Part shown: positions 38,381 to 52,400 of the stretch, in pieces
Numbering within the stretch: position 1 is the first letter of the stretch
Layout: the number at the start of each line of letters is the position of its first letter
NCBI RefSeq assembly: GCF_037042905.1
Contig: NC_087251.1
Coordinates: 14,076,001-14,140,000 of the forward strand
Source of the DNA: Lytechinus pictus
Lineage: Eukaryota
Direction of reading: 5' to 3'
DNA length: 64,000 nucleotides
Notes under the pieces: generated by a model
Seen by the model: only the letters and a program-made list of their open reading frames with translations
What the model was told of the DNA's origin: nothing
The model's database searches: none
Program-made: the position numbers and the translations under genes

Positions 38381-38519
38381 TTAAGAATACCTGTGTTGTG
38401 TGTTAAGATGAGATTTTACGTTCTAAAGCCCAGTGTCTTGTTTTGAAAAAGCATGCAGGAAAATTGCAGTTGTGATTCTTGAAGAATAAAATATGTTGCT
38501 TTTCATGTGATTCAAATAG

Positions 38520-39035
38520 TGTCGCCAACTCTTTGTTATGGAGCAATGAATTATTGTAGTATACTGTTTTGTACAATCTCTCCCCAGAATCAGTTATTCA
38601 AATTTCAGAAACATTAAAATGTTACCACTTGCATTGTTTCCCTATCCACCAGACACACTCACATTGCTCCCATTTTACAATTCTTACACTGGCTCCCTGT
38701 AAAACAATGTATTGAAATAATTTGTCAACTATCCACTGTATTTATGGTTCTTTTCTGCAGTTCTCATTTCAATCATTAAAACCTACACCCCTTCAAGATC
38801 CGTACATTCCTCAACTTGCAGTTCTCTCATTACCTCCAAAGTTTCCACTCATCCTCTATTAAAATTATGGAACAGCCTTCCTGAAGACAGTGAAAGTTGT
38901 TTAATTTCTGAAACTAAAAAAAAATCTGAATACATTTTTATTCAATTCCTTTCAAATTTCTCTAAAAGCGCCTTGAGCACTCTCCAAAATGGATTTGGCG
39001 CCAGACAAGTAGAATTTATTATTCTTTTTATTATG
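38520..39035 (+). mobile_element. Decayed 3' end of an L2-clade LINE
   Basis: Translates HTHIAPILQFLHWLPVKQCIE (~38654-38716) and LWNSLP (~38865); 3' stem aagcgccttgagcac..ggcgc plus (tta)n tail. Confidence 0.7.
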
Positions 39036-40984
39036 ATTACTCGTTATATACGGTAGATGTATAGCTGGAAATTTGTTTCCATGCTTTGCTGGTATTGTAG
39101 AACAATCAAATCACTGTATCGATCATAGTAATCAGGGTTTGCACATGTTTCAATGTTCGGTTGGGAGATTGTAGTTTTGACAAATCTCATGATTTTAAAA
39201 GCAGGATATCAAATAAAAATCTGCTACATTAGTGTAGAAATGTTAGTTTGTGAAAACACCCCTACCTACATGTACATATATCTATTTTCTGTTTACTAGT
39301 ATTGCAGTACAGATTTACCTTTTTACAGATACTGAAGTGGAATAAAAAAAAATAATGCAGATTATCAAAAAGCAAAGAGTCCATCCTCATTTATTGTTAT
39401 GACTATAACAACAATAACAACAACAATAATGATAATAATATAATAATTATATTAAAAATAATTATTCTTTTTTAGCATTATTTTCATCACCATACTTTCT
39501 TACTCGACGAAGTAATAATCAATGTAATGAACACTGGAAGAGTTGAGCTTTTATGGGGAGAATTTACTACCTATTAACAGAGGACTTTACTCAATGAGTG
39601 CCTATCATGATCTTTAATTACATGTGGGATATTTGACAGCTGGTGGTTGATAGACAAAGCATGAAACTGAAGGGGGAAACAAGCAATAAATGCTCAATCT
39701 CCCAGTCTTGCGCAATCGCTGTTCAGAATCAATGACTAGGACTTCACAAGAGAACTAATACTATGAAACTGAATACTGGAAGTTTTACGGGTCATTTATG
39801 TTGATATTATAGGAAGAATTTCAAAAAAATATACTGTTGGTTTTAATGGCAAAGAATTGCTCTTCACATGAATTTACAATTCTGAACAAAAAAAAAAACC
39901 CTGACTCAAATCTTTGGTAAAATTTTGTATAGTCCTCTACATGCATATTTATGTGCAGTGTGTTCTTAGGCAAAAGAGACTTGGTTTCTGTGAGTCATTT
40001 TCTATCATTTTCTTGATCTCTATTTTTTAGTCTAAATGCTCAACCATGGCCCTTTTCTTTTAATATCTGTTTACATGTATGTTTCCAATCTCTCTTTCTC
40101 TTCCTCTGTTTTCCTCAGATCCATAATGTTCACCTCCTTTTTTCTTTTCTACTCTCTCATTCTGTCTTGTTTCTACTCTCTAATTCTCTCTTGCTCTTTT
40201 TACTCTCTCATTCTCTATTTCTTTCTCTCCCTCTTTCTTTTTCTCTCTCGCTTTCCCTTACCCTTTCCTCTCCCTCTCTTAACCAAACTTTTCTCTGTAT
40301 CATTGCAATCTGTCCTCATTTCTCCTCTTTCATTATCTCCATGTTCAGTCACATTTGGTTCATGCTAGATTTAGATTCGTCATTCCATTATAATCAAGAT
40401 AGAAGTAATTAAAAAAGTCATTATATGTGCTATTGAAAAATTTCCAGCTATTTTAATACTTCACATGAAAAAATTCAGTATCAGTCATCATTTTTACAAC
40501 CTTGTTAACCTCTGAATAATGAATAACAAGCATACAACCACTGACATAAACAAATTACAATCTGCATTGAATAAAAATGCAAAAATTAGATAAACAAAAA
40601 AAGTGTGAGGGCCAGTAGAGAGAAGGGAAACTAATGAGGTCATGTAAAGCATTTAGATGCTTGGTTGATTTCATTCACTTATTGACATTGAAAGTTATAA
40701 AAACTATTTTTTTTTGTACTGGTAATCAGAAATTTGGCCAAATAATCATATTATTCAAAATACATTTGTCTTTTTATGAGTTAAGTTGTACATATATGCA
40801 ATTTGTTTATTTCTAGGAGCTTTCACATTAGGATATAATCTGCTATGCATGTACATGTACCTTGAGAAATAGACATGTACTTCGACTTGCAAGTTGATGT
40901 ATGGCATATTTGTTCAGACATGATGCAGATATAACATAGCCTTATTTAATGCTGTAATGTTTAGATATGTGCATACGTCATACG

Positions 40985-41375
40985 TGGGGGCATCTTTGGT
41001 TCTTTCAATCAGAGGGTCGTGGACTTGAATCCCAGCCACGGTGTGTTTTTACCCATATTTTGCTGCACTCAACCCAGGTGGGTGTTTCATAAAGCTGTTT
41101 GTAATGTTACTCACGATTTTATGCATGACTAGCTACATACAGATATATTATTTAGCCAAAGAAATGGTCACCAGTCGTGCATGAATTCATTTTTAACTTT
41201 AATATGTGCAGCTTTATGAAACGGCTCCTAGGTGAGGTGAATTCGGCAGGATTAAATCCTTGAATGTGCTGAGCTCTGAAAACAGCAGCTTGAGCTAAAG
41301 TCGGGGTAATGATAATACTGTGCCTTGGGATAGATTATTTCTAGGTAAATGGTGCTTGGAAATCCAGATTATCAT
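40985..41375 (+). mobile_element. Degenerate SINE interrupted by a CWG-type MITE
   Basis: B-box-like ggacttgaatccc, ctcaacccagg|MITE|ggtgaggtgaat, gctaaagtcggggtaat; related to 34972-35205. Confidence 0.6.
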
Positions 41376-43701
41376 TACCATGTACATATATATATAGTAA
41401 AAGGAAACAAAGCTCAGTGAATAAGTCCTCTGATGCATGTAGGTGTCAGTCCATTAAACTTGGAATTTTAATAGTTGCCCTGTCAGCCTGTCCAAACATC
41501 TCTTAATGGTAACTTCTTGAATCTACCCTCTACTGGATAAATCTTAAAAATTTCTTGAAAAAATCATTAAAAATACAGGCTCATCACCCTGTCAGTAACA
41601 GGCCACAAAGAATGAAAATGTGCACTGGGACTCCTGAACTCTGATATTGTTATTATGTGCATTCATTAACATTGTGTTAGGATATATTTGTTCAGACTTT
41701 TTACCAAACCGTTTTAATAGCTCATTAAGCATACATGGTAATGTACTGTTAATTTTGATATGCAAACAAGATTTTACTTTCTGTTTCAAAAGTACAGAAT
41801 TGCATTTGTCACTCCATTTCATAAGGACAATGTAAGATGTCTTGAAAGAAAAGATTCTATACTCCCTACATTAATTAATGATGTTATTGGCAAGTTGTTC
41901 CAGGATGATTTGAGAATCTTTAATAATTTTGAAGCTCAAAGATCAAACTGCAGGAGAAATTGGGTGATTTCAAATTCAGTGTACTGTAAGTGCTGGCGTC
42001 AATGTTGCACAATTTAGATTACATTCATGCGCTTCAAAATCTTAGAAAAATAATCAAAATTACAAATCAAAATCACATAGTGGACCTTACATGTAGCTCA
42101 ACACCTACATGTAGTGAAGTTCATCCAACCACCAGCATCATTTTTAAGTTTGGTCCTGTGCTGATGTGACAATAGGCCCAATGCCTTCACCAAAAACTCA
42201 ACACCAAACTTGAACTTGAAAGCAGCCATTGTTGCTAGAGCAAGTGCAAAGTCACTGAATCCAAACATCATACTGTACAGTGCTCAACCCTATTGATCAT
42301 GATTATTCACAAGAAATATACTGATATTTAGTCAGATTTATTAAAACCACGATCCCTATCTTTTGCATCTCACTTTTTTCTCAGAATAAATCATATAGAC
42401 GGCAGGCATAGCCGGCGAGGTTGATATAAATCATATGTATGAGGACAGTATGTAATTGACTTTAAAACTTAGATGTGGATAATGGTCTATTATATGGCCC
42501 TGGCTAAGCTGGTCTTGCAATTACATGCGAAGAGGACCGATATTTTTAGAAAGCCCACATTGACACAAAATAAAATAAAAGAAAGGAGCAATTAAATCGG
42601 TGAAGTGTTTGTTCTTTTCCGACATTACACTGCGTGTAGAGAGGGAGATTGACCACCATCTACAGTCAAGTGGCAATTGGATATTCTGTTCAGTGTACAC
42701 ATAATCAATTTTGTAGCAAAATACGGAATAGAGTTCTGTGCTGGAGTGGGTACAGACTCTGTTACATGTGAAATTAATTCATCAGGCCAAGCAGTGATCA
42801 AGTTAAGGATAACTGGTTTTCTTCATGTATTCTTTAACTGAAGTAAGAGATAGAATAAGAGAGATGATGGGGGGGGGGGGGAGGTGGTGAGAGAGAGGGA
42901 GGGGGAGAGGGAGAGAGAAAGAGGGAGGGGGTTGGAGTTTTTATCCTGTACCGATTCTTTCTTTTTTTGTTTTTTAAAAGAACAAAAAAGTAAATTGTAG
43001 GCTATTTAGGAAGAGATGAAGCTGCTGATGAATCTGCTATTAAATACAACTACAGTATAACAATTTGCTACAGAATAAGAAAATTTGGAAATTTAAGAGA
43101 CTGTCAGAGAGAACATGTATAATTTGAAGAAAAATAAAAGAAATCTTACAGCACATCTGATAGATATTAACACATAAAAATGATATCTGCTTTCAATAAT
43201 TTCTGAATTGTCTGTCACCAATAAACATTTTATTTATTCATGCACTCAACAAAAAAACTGTGTGTATTGATTTAAATCTTTTAAGGTGAAAGAATCAACT
43301 AGGTGCAACAATAATTTGAGAATATTTTATTTTTTTAATATTCATTAAATCAATACTATTTTCAGTTGCATTTGACTAAAAAAAAAAATATACATGATAA
43401 TTGATATTAGTTGCACCTGATTAGTCACCTTGTTATTTTATTCAAGAGTGCAATACTTGGTATAGTTTCCGTAATGATCTGAAAGAGTTATGCTCTAATT
43501 AGTAAAATATAAAAATGATGAAAATGACAGTTGTATGATTCACCTGTTAATCCTGAGGAATGTATGAGTTTTAGATTTAACTATTTTGTCTGCCAATTTT
43601 TTTTCGACCTGTCTCTATACTGAAACTCATTTGTCCTTGTACAAAGCCTATGGGAATTACATAATTTTAATAGTAGTCAGAGGTTTAATAAATAATTCAT
43701 T

Positions 43702-44185
43702 TTATATGATACCTAGATAGATCCTTGTCATTTGATTGGTTGTTTGATATCGATCATTCAGTCCATTTTACAATGACGCCATCAACTGTGCAATTTTGGA
43801 TCCATTCATTGTGCAATTTTGGATCCATACGATTTTGTCCATTGCACGCGCACCGAGACTACAGGCACCACAAGTAAATCCATTCATGCAGCGTGCATGT
43901 TGTATGTACTCGACAATAAACAGACCGAGATCGCACTACATGAACATAATTATTTTGCATCAAAATTCATAAATTTCGTATGAAAAAGAATCTATTTTTA
44001 GGTGTCACATAAACCAAATAATGAATGTTTTTATCATTCGTGCAATGGACAAAGTACTTCATTCGCTGAAAGATGAAATGAATGATCTATATAACTTCGC
44101 TATGCCTCATTGAATGGATCATTTCATATTTCACCTCATGAAGTATTCTGTCCATTGCACTCATAAACATTCATTATTTGTATAC
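43702..44185. mobile_element. Repeat with terminal hairpin (possibly Crypton-like) just 3' of the GPCR stop
   Basis: Inverted pair caaataatgaatgttt..gtgcaatggaca..tacttcat (44015-44062) / atgaagta..tgtccattgcac..aaacattcattatttg (44138-44181). Confidence 0.45.
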
Positions 44186-44260
44186 TATTTGAATTCAATG
44201 GGACACTATCACCTTGCTTTCTTGTCGTTATCAAGCTGCATTTAGGGTTTATTGGAATGA

Positions 44261-44751
44261 TTAAACTTCTGCCGTTTCCCCGACTTCAATTGTTGCTTGT
44301 ACAGCAGTGATATGCTGCGATGATTGTATCTTTTGTTGGCCTTCCTCAACTTGTTTCTTAGACATGCTTGAGGAATGAGTAGTCCTTTCGTTGGTGTGCG
44401 TATCATCATTTTCTTTTTGACTTCCACTTCTGCGGTTCCCCTTGCCCTGCGTGTCCCTGCACTCTGTCATCTCGAGACTAGCGTTTCCTCCTTGCGCCGT
44501 GGCTGCTGCTTCTGGACCCACGCGGAAGTGGTTACGCAGGAGTGGTAGCTTGTGCACAGCCTGCATGACGAGCTGTCGCATGGCTGCTCGGAAGGTCCGG
44601 TTTAGGATAGAGTAGAGCCAAGGATTGATGGCTGAGCTGAGTAATGTGAACCAAAATGCCACAGATGTAAGGAGGGGTGGTACACTGTGCTGACCAGACG
44701 TATCCCAGCTACACAGGAAAGTGAAAGGGAGCCAGCAGATAGCAAATACAC
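44261..44751 (-). CDS. GPCR exon 2 (TM6, TM7, C-tail)
   Basis: (G)VFAICWLPFTFLCSWDTSGQHSVPPLLTSVAFWFTLLSSAINPWLYSILNRTFRAA...GETAEV*. Confidence 0.92.
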
Positions 44752-47700
44752 CTGGGGAAAAAAGATTAAAGATGCAGTTTGATTATTGGAAAATTGATGA
44801 ACATGTAGTTCTGGTTAACTAATTTTCATAACCTTGAGCAGGGAGCTCATTTTTCTAACATTTGGTGTATCAGTACCATTCGTTCAATTACCTCAGTATT
44901 CAAAAGAAATAATCACTGATATCCTTTAACTTGAAATGAGACAGACATAACAATTTTATGCTTTATTCATACAGATATCCAGTTTTTAACTCTGAAAAAA
45001 TTGAAATCACTTTTTAGTATGAATGATATTTTTGGTATCTGAAAATGGAAATATAACCAAGGAAAACACTGCTGTTGCCTGATCGAAGAATAAAATCTGA
45101 TTGGATACGACTTAAAATATGAATAATTATCTTGAATAAGCCTCAAGAATATATACAGCAAGGTGATATGGATGCAAATGTATACTGCAGCAAAAAAAAA
45201 ATTAAAAAATTGTTACATTTAATATGTGTACAAAATTCATCTGTATTTCTCATCTCAGTTGATTGTTAAATAGTCATGAAATTTCATTAGGTGCATCGAA
45301 AGATTATGACTTAATCTGTGACTGGCTAGTTATTAATCTAGTTTATATTTCCACATACATGGTATTTGTCAATTTGAATGTTCCATTCTGTACTAATCCA
45401 ATCAATGTAAGTCCAGATATGGGTCCTCCACCTGCCCCTTATTTCTGTTGATGCACTATATTTGATAACATTCTGGCAACGGGACATGGCATCTCTAATG
45501 CAGCTGATTTGTTAGCCATTAGAGTGAAATGAGTGGGCATCGCTCACCGGAGCAGAGCGAAAGCTCAAAGGGACCGTTTGCTCTTCCTCGCTGTATATCT
45601 CCCTCTGAGCTGATGAATTTAATTTGGTGTTACCCCACATCAATAGCAGTATGCATTGCCTGGAAAACACAGGTCTCTTAGGACCATTGAGTGGTAGCCT
45701 TTAGCTTTTCTCATCATGTGATAGTAAGACGGTTAAGGGTTACTATTGTCATGGGATGAAGGTAGAAGGCAAAGTCCTATGTCATCTCTTGTCTCAATAT
45801 CTTCTGATTTTTTCCAGGATTATAGGCCGTTTCAAGTGATTTTGGCAAGATAAAAAAACATCTCTTTTACACACAATGTGGCAAAATAACTTTCCCCTTT
45901 TACAGGCATGTTATTTTTTTCAGTTTGGAATCTTGGTGCAAGGAAACTGCCTTGTGATGTTGAGTATTACCAGGTGAGTGTTTCATAAAGGTGTTTGTAT
46001 TGTTATGAGCAACTTTACCAAAGACTGGTGATCATTTTTCGAGGTATATTATGAACACCAAATTTTAATTGATGGGGATTTTGCTCCTGAGAAAGGATCA
46101 CCAGTTGGTTGTAAAGTTGCTTGTAACTTACCAATTGATAGCTTTATGAAACACCCACCTGGGTTGTATAAGAATTCTGTTTTGAATCTTGTATAGCCAC
46201 TGTACTGATTTTGCTTAACCATTGCCCTGTAACACAAACCTTAGTGATTGAATATACAATTGATTTTTTTTATAATTAATTGCACTTATATCAATGCAAT
46301 CAATCATGAAAACCATTGTATGATTGTTCAGCTTTTTGTAACGGGAGCATCCGGGAGCAACTTAATAAATAAAGAATTTTTAATTCTTGAATGTACTGTA
46401 GGTTATTAATTTGTGCCAATATTAAGACTAAGATTAAATTATTTTCATTTACAAACTCTTTTACCGGTAATCAGAATACTTGTTTATATTGAGAAACACT
46501 ATTATTTCATTATTAGAAAGAAATAGTAAAATGTTTCTAAGTATAAATTTTACTATCATATAAAATCCTCCCCTGCTGAATATTGAACTTTACCATATAT
46601 ATCTCACTTTTTACAATTATGGCGTGAGTGAACTCGACCAATAAAGGACTCACTTTTATCAATATTGACGACAATAATGAGCAAATGCAGGTAATGAGTA
46701 ATGTACTCTGGTTGATAAGATAAATGTGTTATGAAGCCCGTTTCCATTTATAGCACAATTGGTTAAATCTCTTTTTACAAACTGTCCCATGTAGCAGTTC
46801 AGAACAAATATCACATGATTTTTTATGAAAATATAATTGACAGGGTCATTTCTACATGTAGGTTTGAACTTGGCTTTTCATTCGAAAAATGCTCAATTTC
46901 ATTCATGATTTTAGACCATCACACGTTTTCTCTGAAAATAGAAATGGATGGATCTGATTGAAGTGCCTACATGTGCATGCTTCAAAACAGATCTGTGCTC
47001 ATCTTATTTTGTAGAACAATAGGTCTGGCTCAAACACATAGAAAAGGCGTTTGAACTCCATATTCAAAACACCTTTGCGTTGATCATCATTTTGCCATAA
47101 GTTTCCTGATACACATTTTGAAACCTTAACTCTCTACCCCAGAAAAGAGATGATAAATGCATCTTTAGGCCAGTCTTGATGGGCTTTCTATGCTAGAGCA
47201 TTTTCTTGAGGAGGGAGGCTCAAGCTAGAGTCTCGATATTGAGCAAAATCAGGTTGATGAAAAACAAAACTATTTTATGTAAAGAAAAAAAAGACGAAAA
47301 TGACCTTAATATAAGAAGAAAGGTCACCTGAACCTTCATTCATCATGGTGTTGTGTTTTCTGTTCAGATTAAATCTTCACTCTTGTGTGAGTAGCTTTGC
47401 TCTAGCATTGAGGTCTAATGAATTAATGAACTTATAGTAGTTGAATAATGTCTAATGGCATTCATCAAGTGAACTATGAAAGATCCACACACTGCCGCTT
47501 CAACAATTTGAGCTGAATTGGAAATACCATAATGTAATCACAGCTAATAACATCATTCACTAAAGTAAACCCTTTGGTCATTACCAGGTTTTTTTTTAAT
47601 GCTCGTCTCACTCCTAACTTTCTCCCTACTCACCCCTTTTCCCAACATTTTCAAAGAAATTCAAAATTTTTGTTTGCCAAAGTTATTTTGCCATGTGATA

Positions 47701-49424
47701 TTTTCTTGTATCAAAATTTATTAAGACTATATATAGCTGAATATCAGGGATTCTGGATATCATTATCTGTTTGTACCAAGATGTTTGCATTATCACTGTA
47801 GAACTCTTTGAAAATTCTCATTTAATAAAGGACTTTTTATTCTTGCTTATATTTTTTCAAAGAATTGCCATAGATTGGTCCTGTATTACCTCAAGATTAC
47901 TTAATCATATCAGTTTCATTTTAAATCACATTCATACTGTAGTTAAAGGGATACTCCAGGCTGAAAATAATACAATTTGAATAGATATAAGAAAATGAGA
48001 CAAACAAAACACTGGAAATTTAATCAAGAATCGGACAGGGAATAACAAGTTGAATGACATTTTAAAATTTTGCATTATTCTATTGAAACAGTTCTATGCA
48101 TATCTTCATGAATATGCAATGAGCAATCAATGATGTCCTATCCCTGCTTATTCTTTAAAATTTGTTTTATGAAAACATATCTATTCAAATATTGAGCTCC
48201 AATATAAAGAAAATAGACAAATGTAAAATAGGCATTTTGGCAACTTATTTTGTTACAAGGTAGATATCATGGTCACACTTGTATGAAAATAGTATGATAT
48301 GATAATAATTTCATTTAATGAAATATTAAAGAAAAAGGAAAGTGGGGATTTGACAGACATCATTAGCCCACCTATTGCATATTCATGACAGCATGCATAT
48401 ACATGTAATTAAATTTGCTCACCATATAACCTTTTTACTTGTTAATCAGATTTTGATAAAATGTTAGCATCTTGCTCTGAATTTTCTTGCACATATTCAG
48501 ATTTATTTGATTTTAGCCCGAGTACCCCTTTAAAAGTTGAGTAAGGAGCATTTCATGAAGAGTTTTGCGAGTGATTTTCACAACAAATATCCTCCCAGCC
48601 ATTCAGCTGCAAGGATTTCAGTATATGACAGTAAATATCACTCGCAAGGTTGCTTCATGAAACAGTGCCCTGATCTTACCTGCCAAAGCTGCTAGTATCT
48701 TTGCTGCTCGATAATCCTTGTTTTTAGGCGTGACATAGACACAGTGATCCTCATTACACTCTATGACTTTTCTCCTGGCTTGAGTGCATGCCACACGTCC
48801 AATTGAAATATAAGCCAAACACATAATTACAAACGGAAAGCATATCCCTGTTGTCAGTATGATTATTGAGGCTACTCCATTTTCAAAGAAGTCTGGAAGA
48901 CAGAATCCGTATGTGGGAAGATAAGTGTAGTTGCTGCTGGACATGAATGGCACTGTTGCCATGAACACGGCAAATCCCCAATTCAGGAGTATGGTGATCC
49001 ACACTCGTGACTTGGTAAGCATCTGATGGTATTTCAGAGGTTGATTGACGGCAATGTACCGCTCCATGCTCAGACTCGCCAGAGTCCATGTTGAGACGAT
49101 CCCGACAACGAGGTACACAAATCCCAGTATCCCACACCATTCTTCGGAGTAGATCCACCCTTGATAAACATGGACAGCCGATGCAAAGGGAAGTAGGAGG
49201 ATTCCTGTGGTGAGATCAGCGATGGCTAGATTGAGCAGGAATCCTGATGTAATGGTCTGGATCTTAGGTGATCTCATGATTATGATTATAACAAGTAGAT
49301 TTCCTAGGATAGTTACAATTGCTGTTAGAATCATCAAGGTTCCTAAAGTGTAGCTTAGTGCAGGACCTAACAAGTTTTCTGATTCAGGATTATGTTGATT
49401 GGATGAGTTTAGTAGATCATCCAT
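44261..49424 (-). CDS. Class A (rhodopsin-like) orphan GPCR, GPR161-like, 411 aa, two coding exons, antisense to Sec23
   Basis: complement(join(44261-44751,48680-49424)) = 1236 nt with a phase-1 intron GCA G|GTAAGA...ttccccag|GT GTA. Motifs: GN (TM1), NLAIAD (TM2), C3.25, ERY, W4.50, CWLP, NPWLY, helix 8 FR. Confidence 0.93.
45974..46158. mobile_element. CWG-flanked Harbinger-like MITE in GPCR intron
   Basis: CAG|gtgagtgtttcataaag ... ctttatgaaacacccac|CTG. Confidence 0.7.
47947..48529. mobile_element. Kolobok-like MITE in GPCR intron
   Basis: TTAA|AGGGATACTCCAGGCTGAAAA ... TTTTAGCCCGAGTACCCCT|TTAA; homologous to 37775-38380. Confidence 0.8.
48680..49424 (-). CDS. GPCR exon 1 (N-terminus, TM1 to start of TM6)
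   Basis: ORF 48618-49424, MDDLLNSS...DYRAAKILAALA; donor GTAAGA at 48679. Confidence 0.93.
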
Positions 49425-52400
49425 ATTGAAAGTGTGACCTTATTATCCTATAGATACACAATGTTCATTCATCTAGGCGCTTTAAACCATTGTGACAGTC
49501 ATGAGAATGCTTTCCTGAATCCTGACTGTCGTTGTCTTTTCACAATTTTCAAATAACCATCTGAGATGTAGACTGCTCCAAACTGTGCTTTATTATACTC
49601 TTTCACTGGGAGAATCCCTGAGTAGTTTACCTTTTATCTTAAATTTGTGTCATTTAATAAAGATTTTAAAGCCACGTGAGTCACTCCACGCATGCAATGT
49701 TTTCATTGATATTCCAATTACTCTCTAAATATGAGTTGTTTTTATGGAATTTTATCAGTATTTCGATCAGGTTGTACGGAGATCCGCATGAATTACTCTA
49801 GCAGACTTAATAATTGGGCCATTCTCATTGACGATGGATGAGAGAGATTTGTGCAGGAGCATGTCTGCGTTCCTTTCAAGAAGGGTGTGGGATTACCCAA
49901 AATGGCTCCAAAATGCAGTCTTTGTACATTCTTTTGCCTACCATTAGGAATTTGAGACACGCTGTAGAATCACCCATCTTGTCATTGGCTTGGGGTGTCG
50001 ATAACAGTGTCACTTTATAACCTCATCTAAATAATTGTAGAGTCAAAGATATTCAATCGTGGCAAAGCACATTACCATACCAGCCAAATCGTGCTCCAAA
50101 CATGGATATGCTCATTCCTTAGCAAGAAATTCACTTGAAATGCAGCCTCAAATTACCTTGTAAGATGCATTTCCAAACATGTCATAACACAAAGACGCCA
50201 AATTGAAGAGTTCCATCATCCGTGCAATCAATATAAAAACAAATTATTAAACTTGACTGTTTGTTGAGGATCTTTACAGCTTGCAAGAACAAAAATGTCA
50301 GCATATTTCAACACTCAAGTATATGCAAGACAATGAGATCAATATTCTCCCTTGTAGAATAAAACAGAGAATGAGCAGAATAGGGCCATGTGAATTAAAT
50401 TTATCCCCGGTACAGTCCTTGTCTCATGTGAGTATCACTGATCATTTGTATGAAGTCATGTTGATAAAGCTTACATCACCATGCCCTGAAGTGAGAGAGA
50501 GGGGGGGACGATTTCTCTGGTCTGTTGCCTTCTGATGCGATGTGATCCCATTAAAAGCAATTTGCCCTCCAACAAATTTGAGAGGTCAAATTACATCTAA
50601 TGGTATAAACTCCATTCAACTTGCTTGGTGTTCCTTTGCCTCTTCTGCTCCCCTGCATACTTCATTTATTCAGTAAAGCATCTTATATTCCATTTTTTTC
50701 TCCGCCTGAGAAGATCGTCTGTCAGTCATTTTATGAAGAGTAAATTTGTCTTGGCGTTGACAGAATTGTGCCTGTCTTCAGTAAGAATTTTCCACCATAG
50801 AGCCCCAAATCTGCAAGATAAGATATTAGTAAAGTGTCATGTTGTATCATGTTATAATTTCAAACTCATATGGGTGTTTGAACAATTTTCCTGAATTTAT
50901 ATAATATTGTCCATTTCAATGATATTAAAGACTAAACTTTGTAACCTTTTAATATCCACTCTAGATGAATTTTCAGTGTAGGTCTGATATAAAAAAAAAT
51001 GTATTCAAATTAATTTCTGCTGCTTCAAAGTTCAAACAATCCAAAATTACATTTTTAGATAAGGCTGTTCATCAGATACAATAGCTGTCTTGCAAAATAG
51101 CATTTAAAGATTAATTATATATGATTGTTTTCATAAAACTAGTGTTATTTTGAAATCAGAATAAGGTCTATATTTGGGTTTATGATATCACACTCCCAAG
51201 ACTTTTTAAAGGAACTACATGTACTCTAGCTGTTCCAAGTTAAATTTCAGGCTGCTTTTTAGAGACTACCAAGCAATATTTATTTTAATACTTTGAATAA
51301 CTGATCAATTTTCTTGCAAATATTCCAAGAGTCTGATAATCTTTCTCTAGATGAGATAATAAGCCATGCCATCAGCATAGCTGATATTTATAATTGAACG
51401 ACCACCGTGCAGCAGAGATTTACACGTTTATGTCATGCTATTTTCAGTATTTCCCTTTATTTGCCTGATCTAGGCCTTTCCTGCATTATATTAATTAATG
51501 TCCAAAAAGTTTAATGTGCAAAACATATGCATGAGCTATATTTACTTTGCTTTGTCTTCAAAGAAAATATGAGGGAATTAGTCTTCTCCCTGAATGATCA
51601 ATCAATTATTCATACACACACATTATATTATCTCTTGTTTCTTCAAGATTTTTTTTTTTTCAAAAGCTTTGAAAGACTTGATTTTTTTTTCAGTGTGAAC
51701 AAATATTTACCATTTTTAGACAATCCTTAATCATTTTCAGATTTGAGAAAACAATGAGATTCATTTTTTAATAAATGTTGGTAGTTTGTAGTATATAATT
51801 TCTATATTTGCACTCATCACTGTCTTCACCATTTATTATTAAGTACGAGGTCGTTAACTTTCCTCATCCTTATTTCTCTTCCCAAAATCGTTTTTTTTTT
51901 TCATTGTTTAAATGGAAATTTTTATCAAGTTTAGTTTATTTATCTCTCAAATGTGTTTTTAAACATTCAATTTTTTTTATGAGTGTGCCTACAGTGTACA
52001 TATACCATTAGGCTCTTAACCGTCATCTTCAAACAATATTACTATGCTTGAATTCTTCCTTACACTTAAACATTATTTAAACTAAAGGTAATAGATCTGT
52101 TTGAGCCTTGTATCACATACAGTCATTCAAGAAACCCTGGGGTGTCTTGTCAACTGCTATTTCATAGGTAATTCATTTAATAAGGGAAAATTCATTTAAG
52201 GGCGAGAACAGAGGGTGAAATACTTGCAGATACCCCTCCAAGGAGATACATTCCTTGCAACCCCATCCTATTTCTATCACCTTATGTTCAAGAAAAGTAA
52301 AGTTTTGAAAATTATAGAACACCTGGGATAAAGGTATACAACACATGTAGTTGCCAATACAAGTCATTTCCTTCTCACTCTGATACACTGGAGCATCATC

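Noticed and set aside
40036..40412. Hydrophobic ORFs (also 9200-9603, 13767-14097, 21654-21977)
   Set aside because: Translations of CT-rich low-complexity DNA (F/L/S-rich), not membrane proteins.
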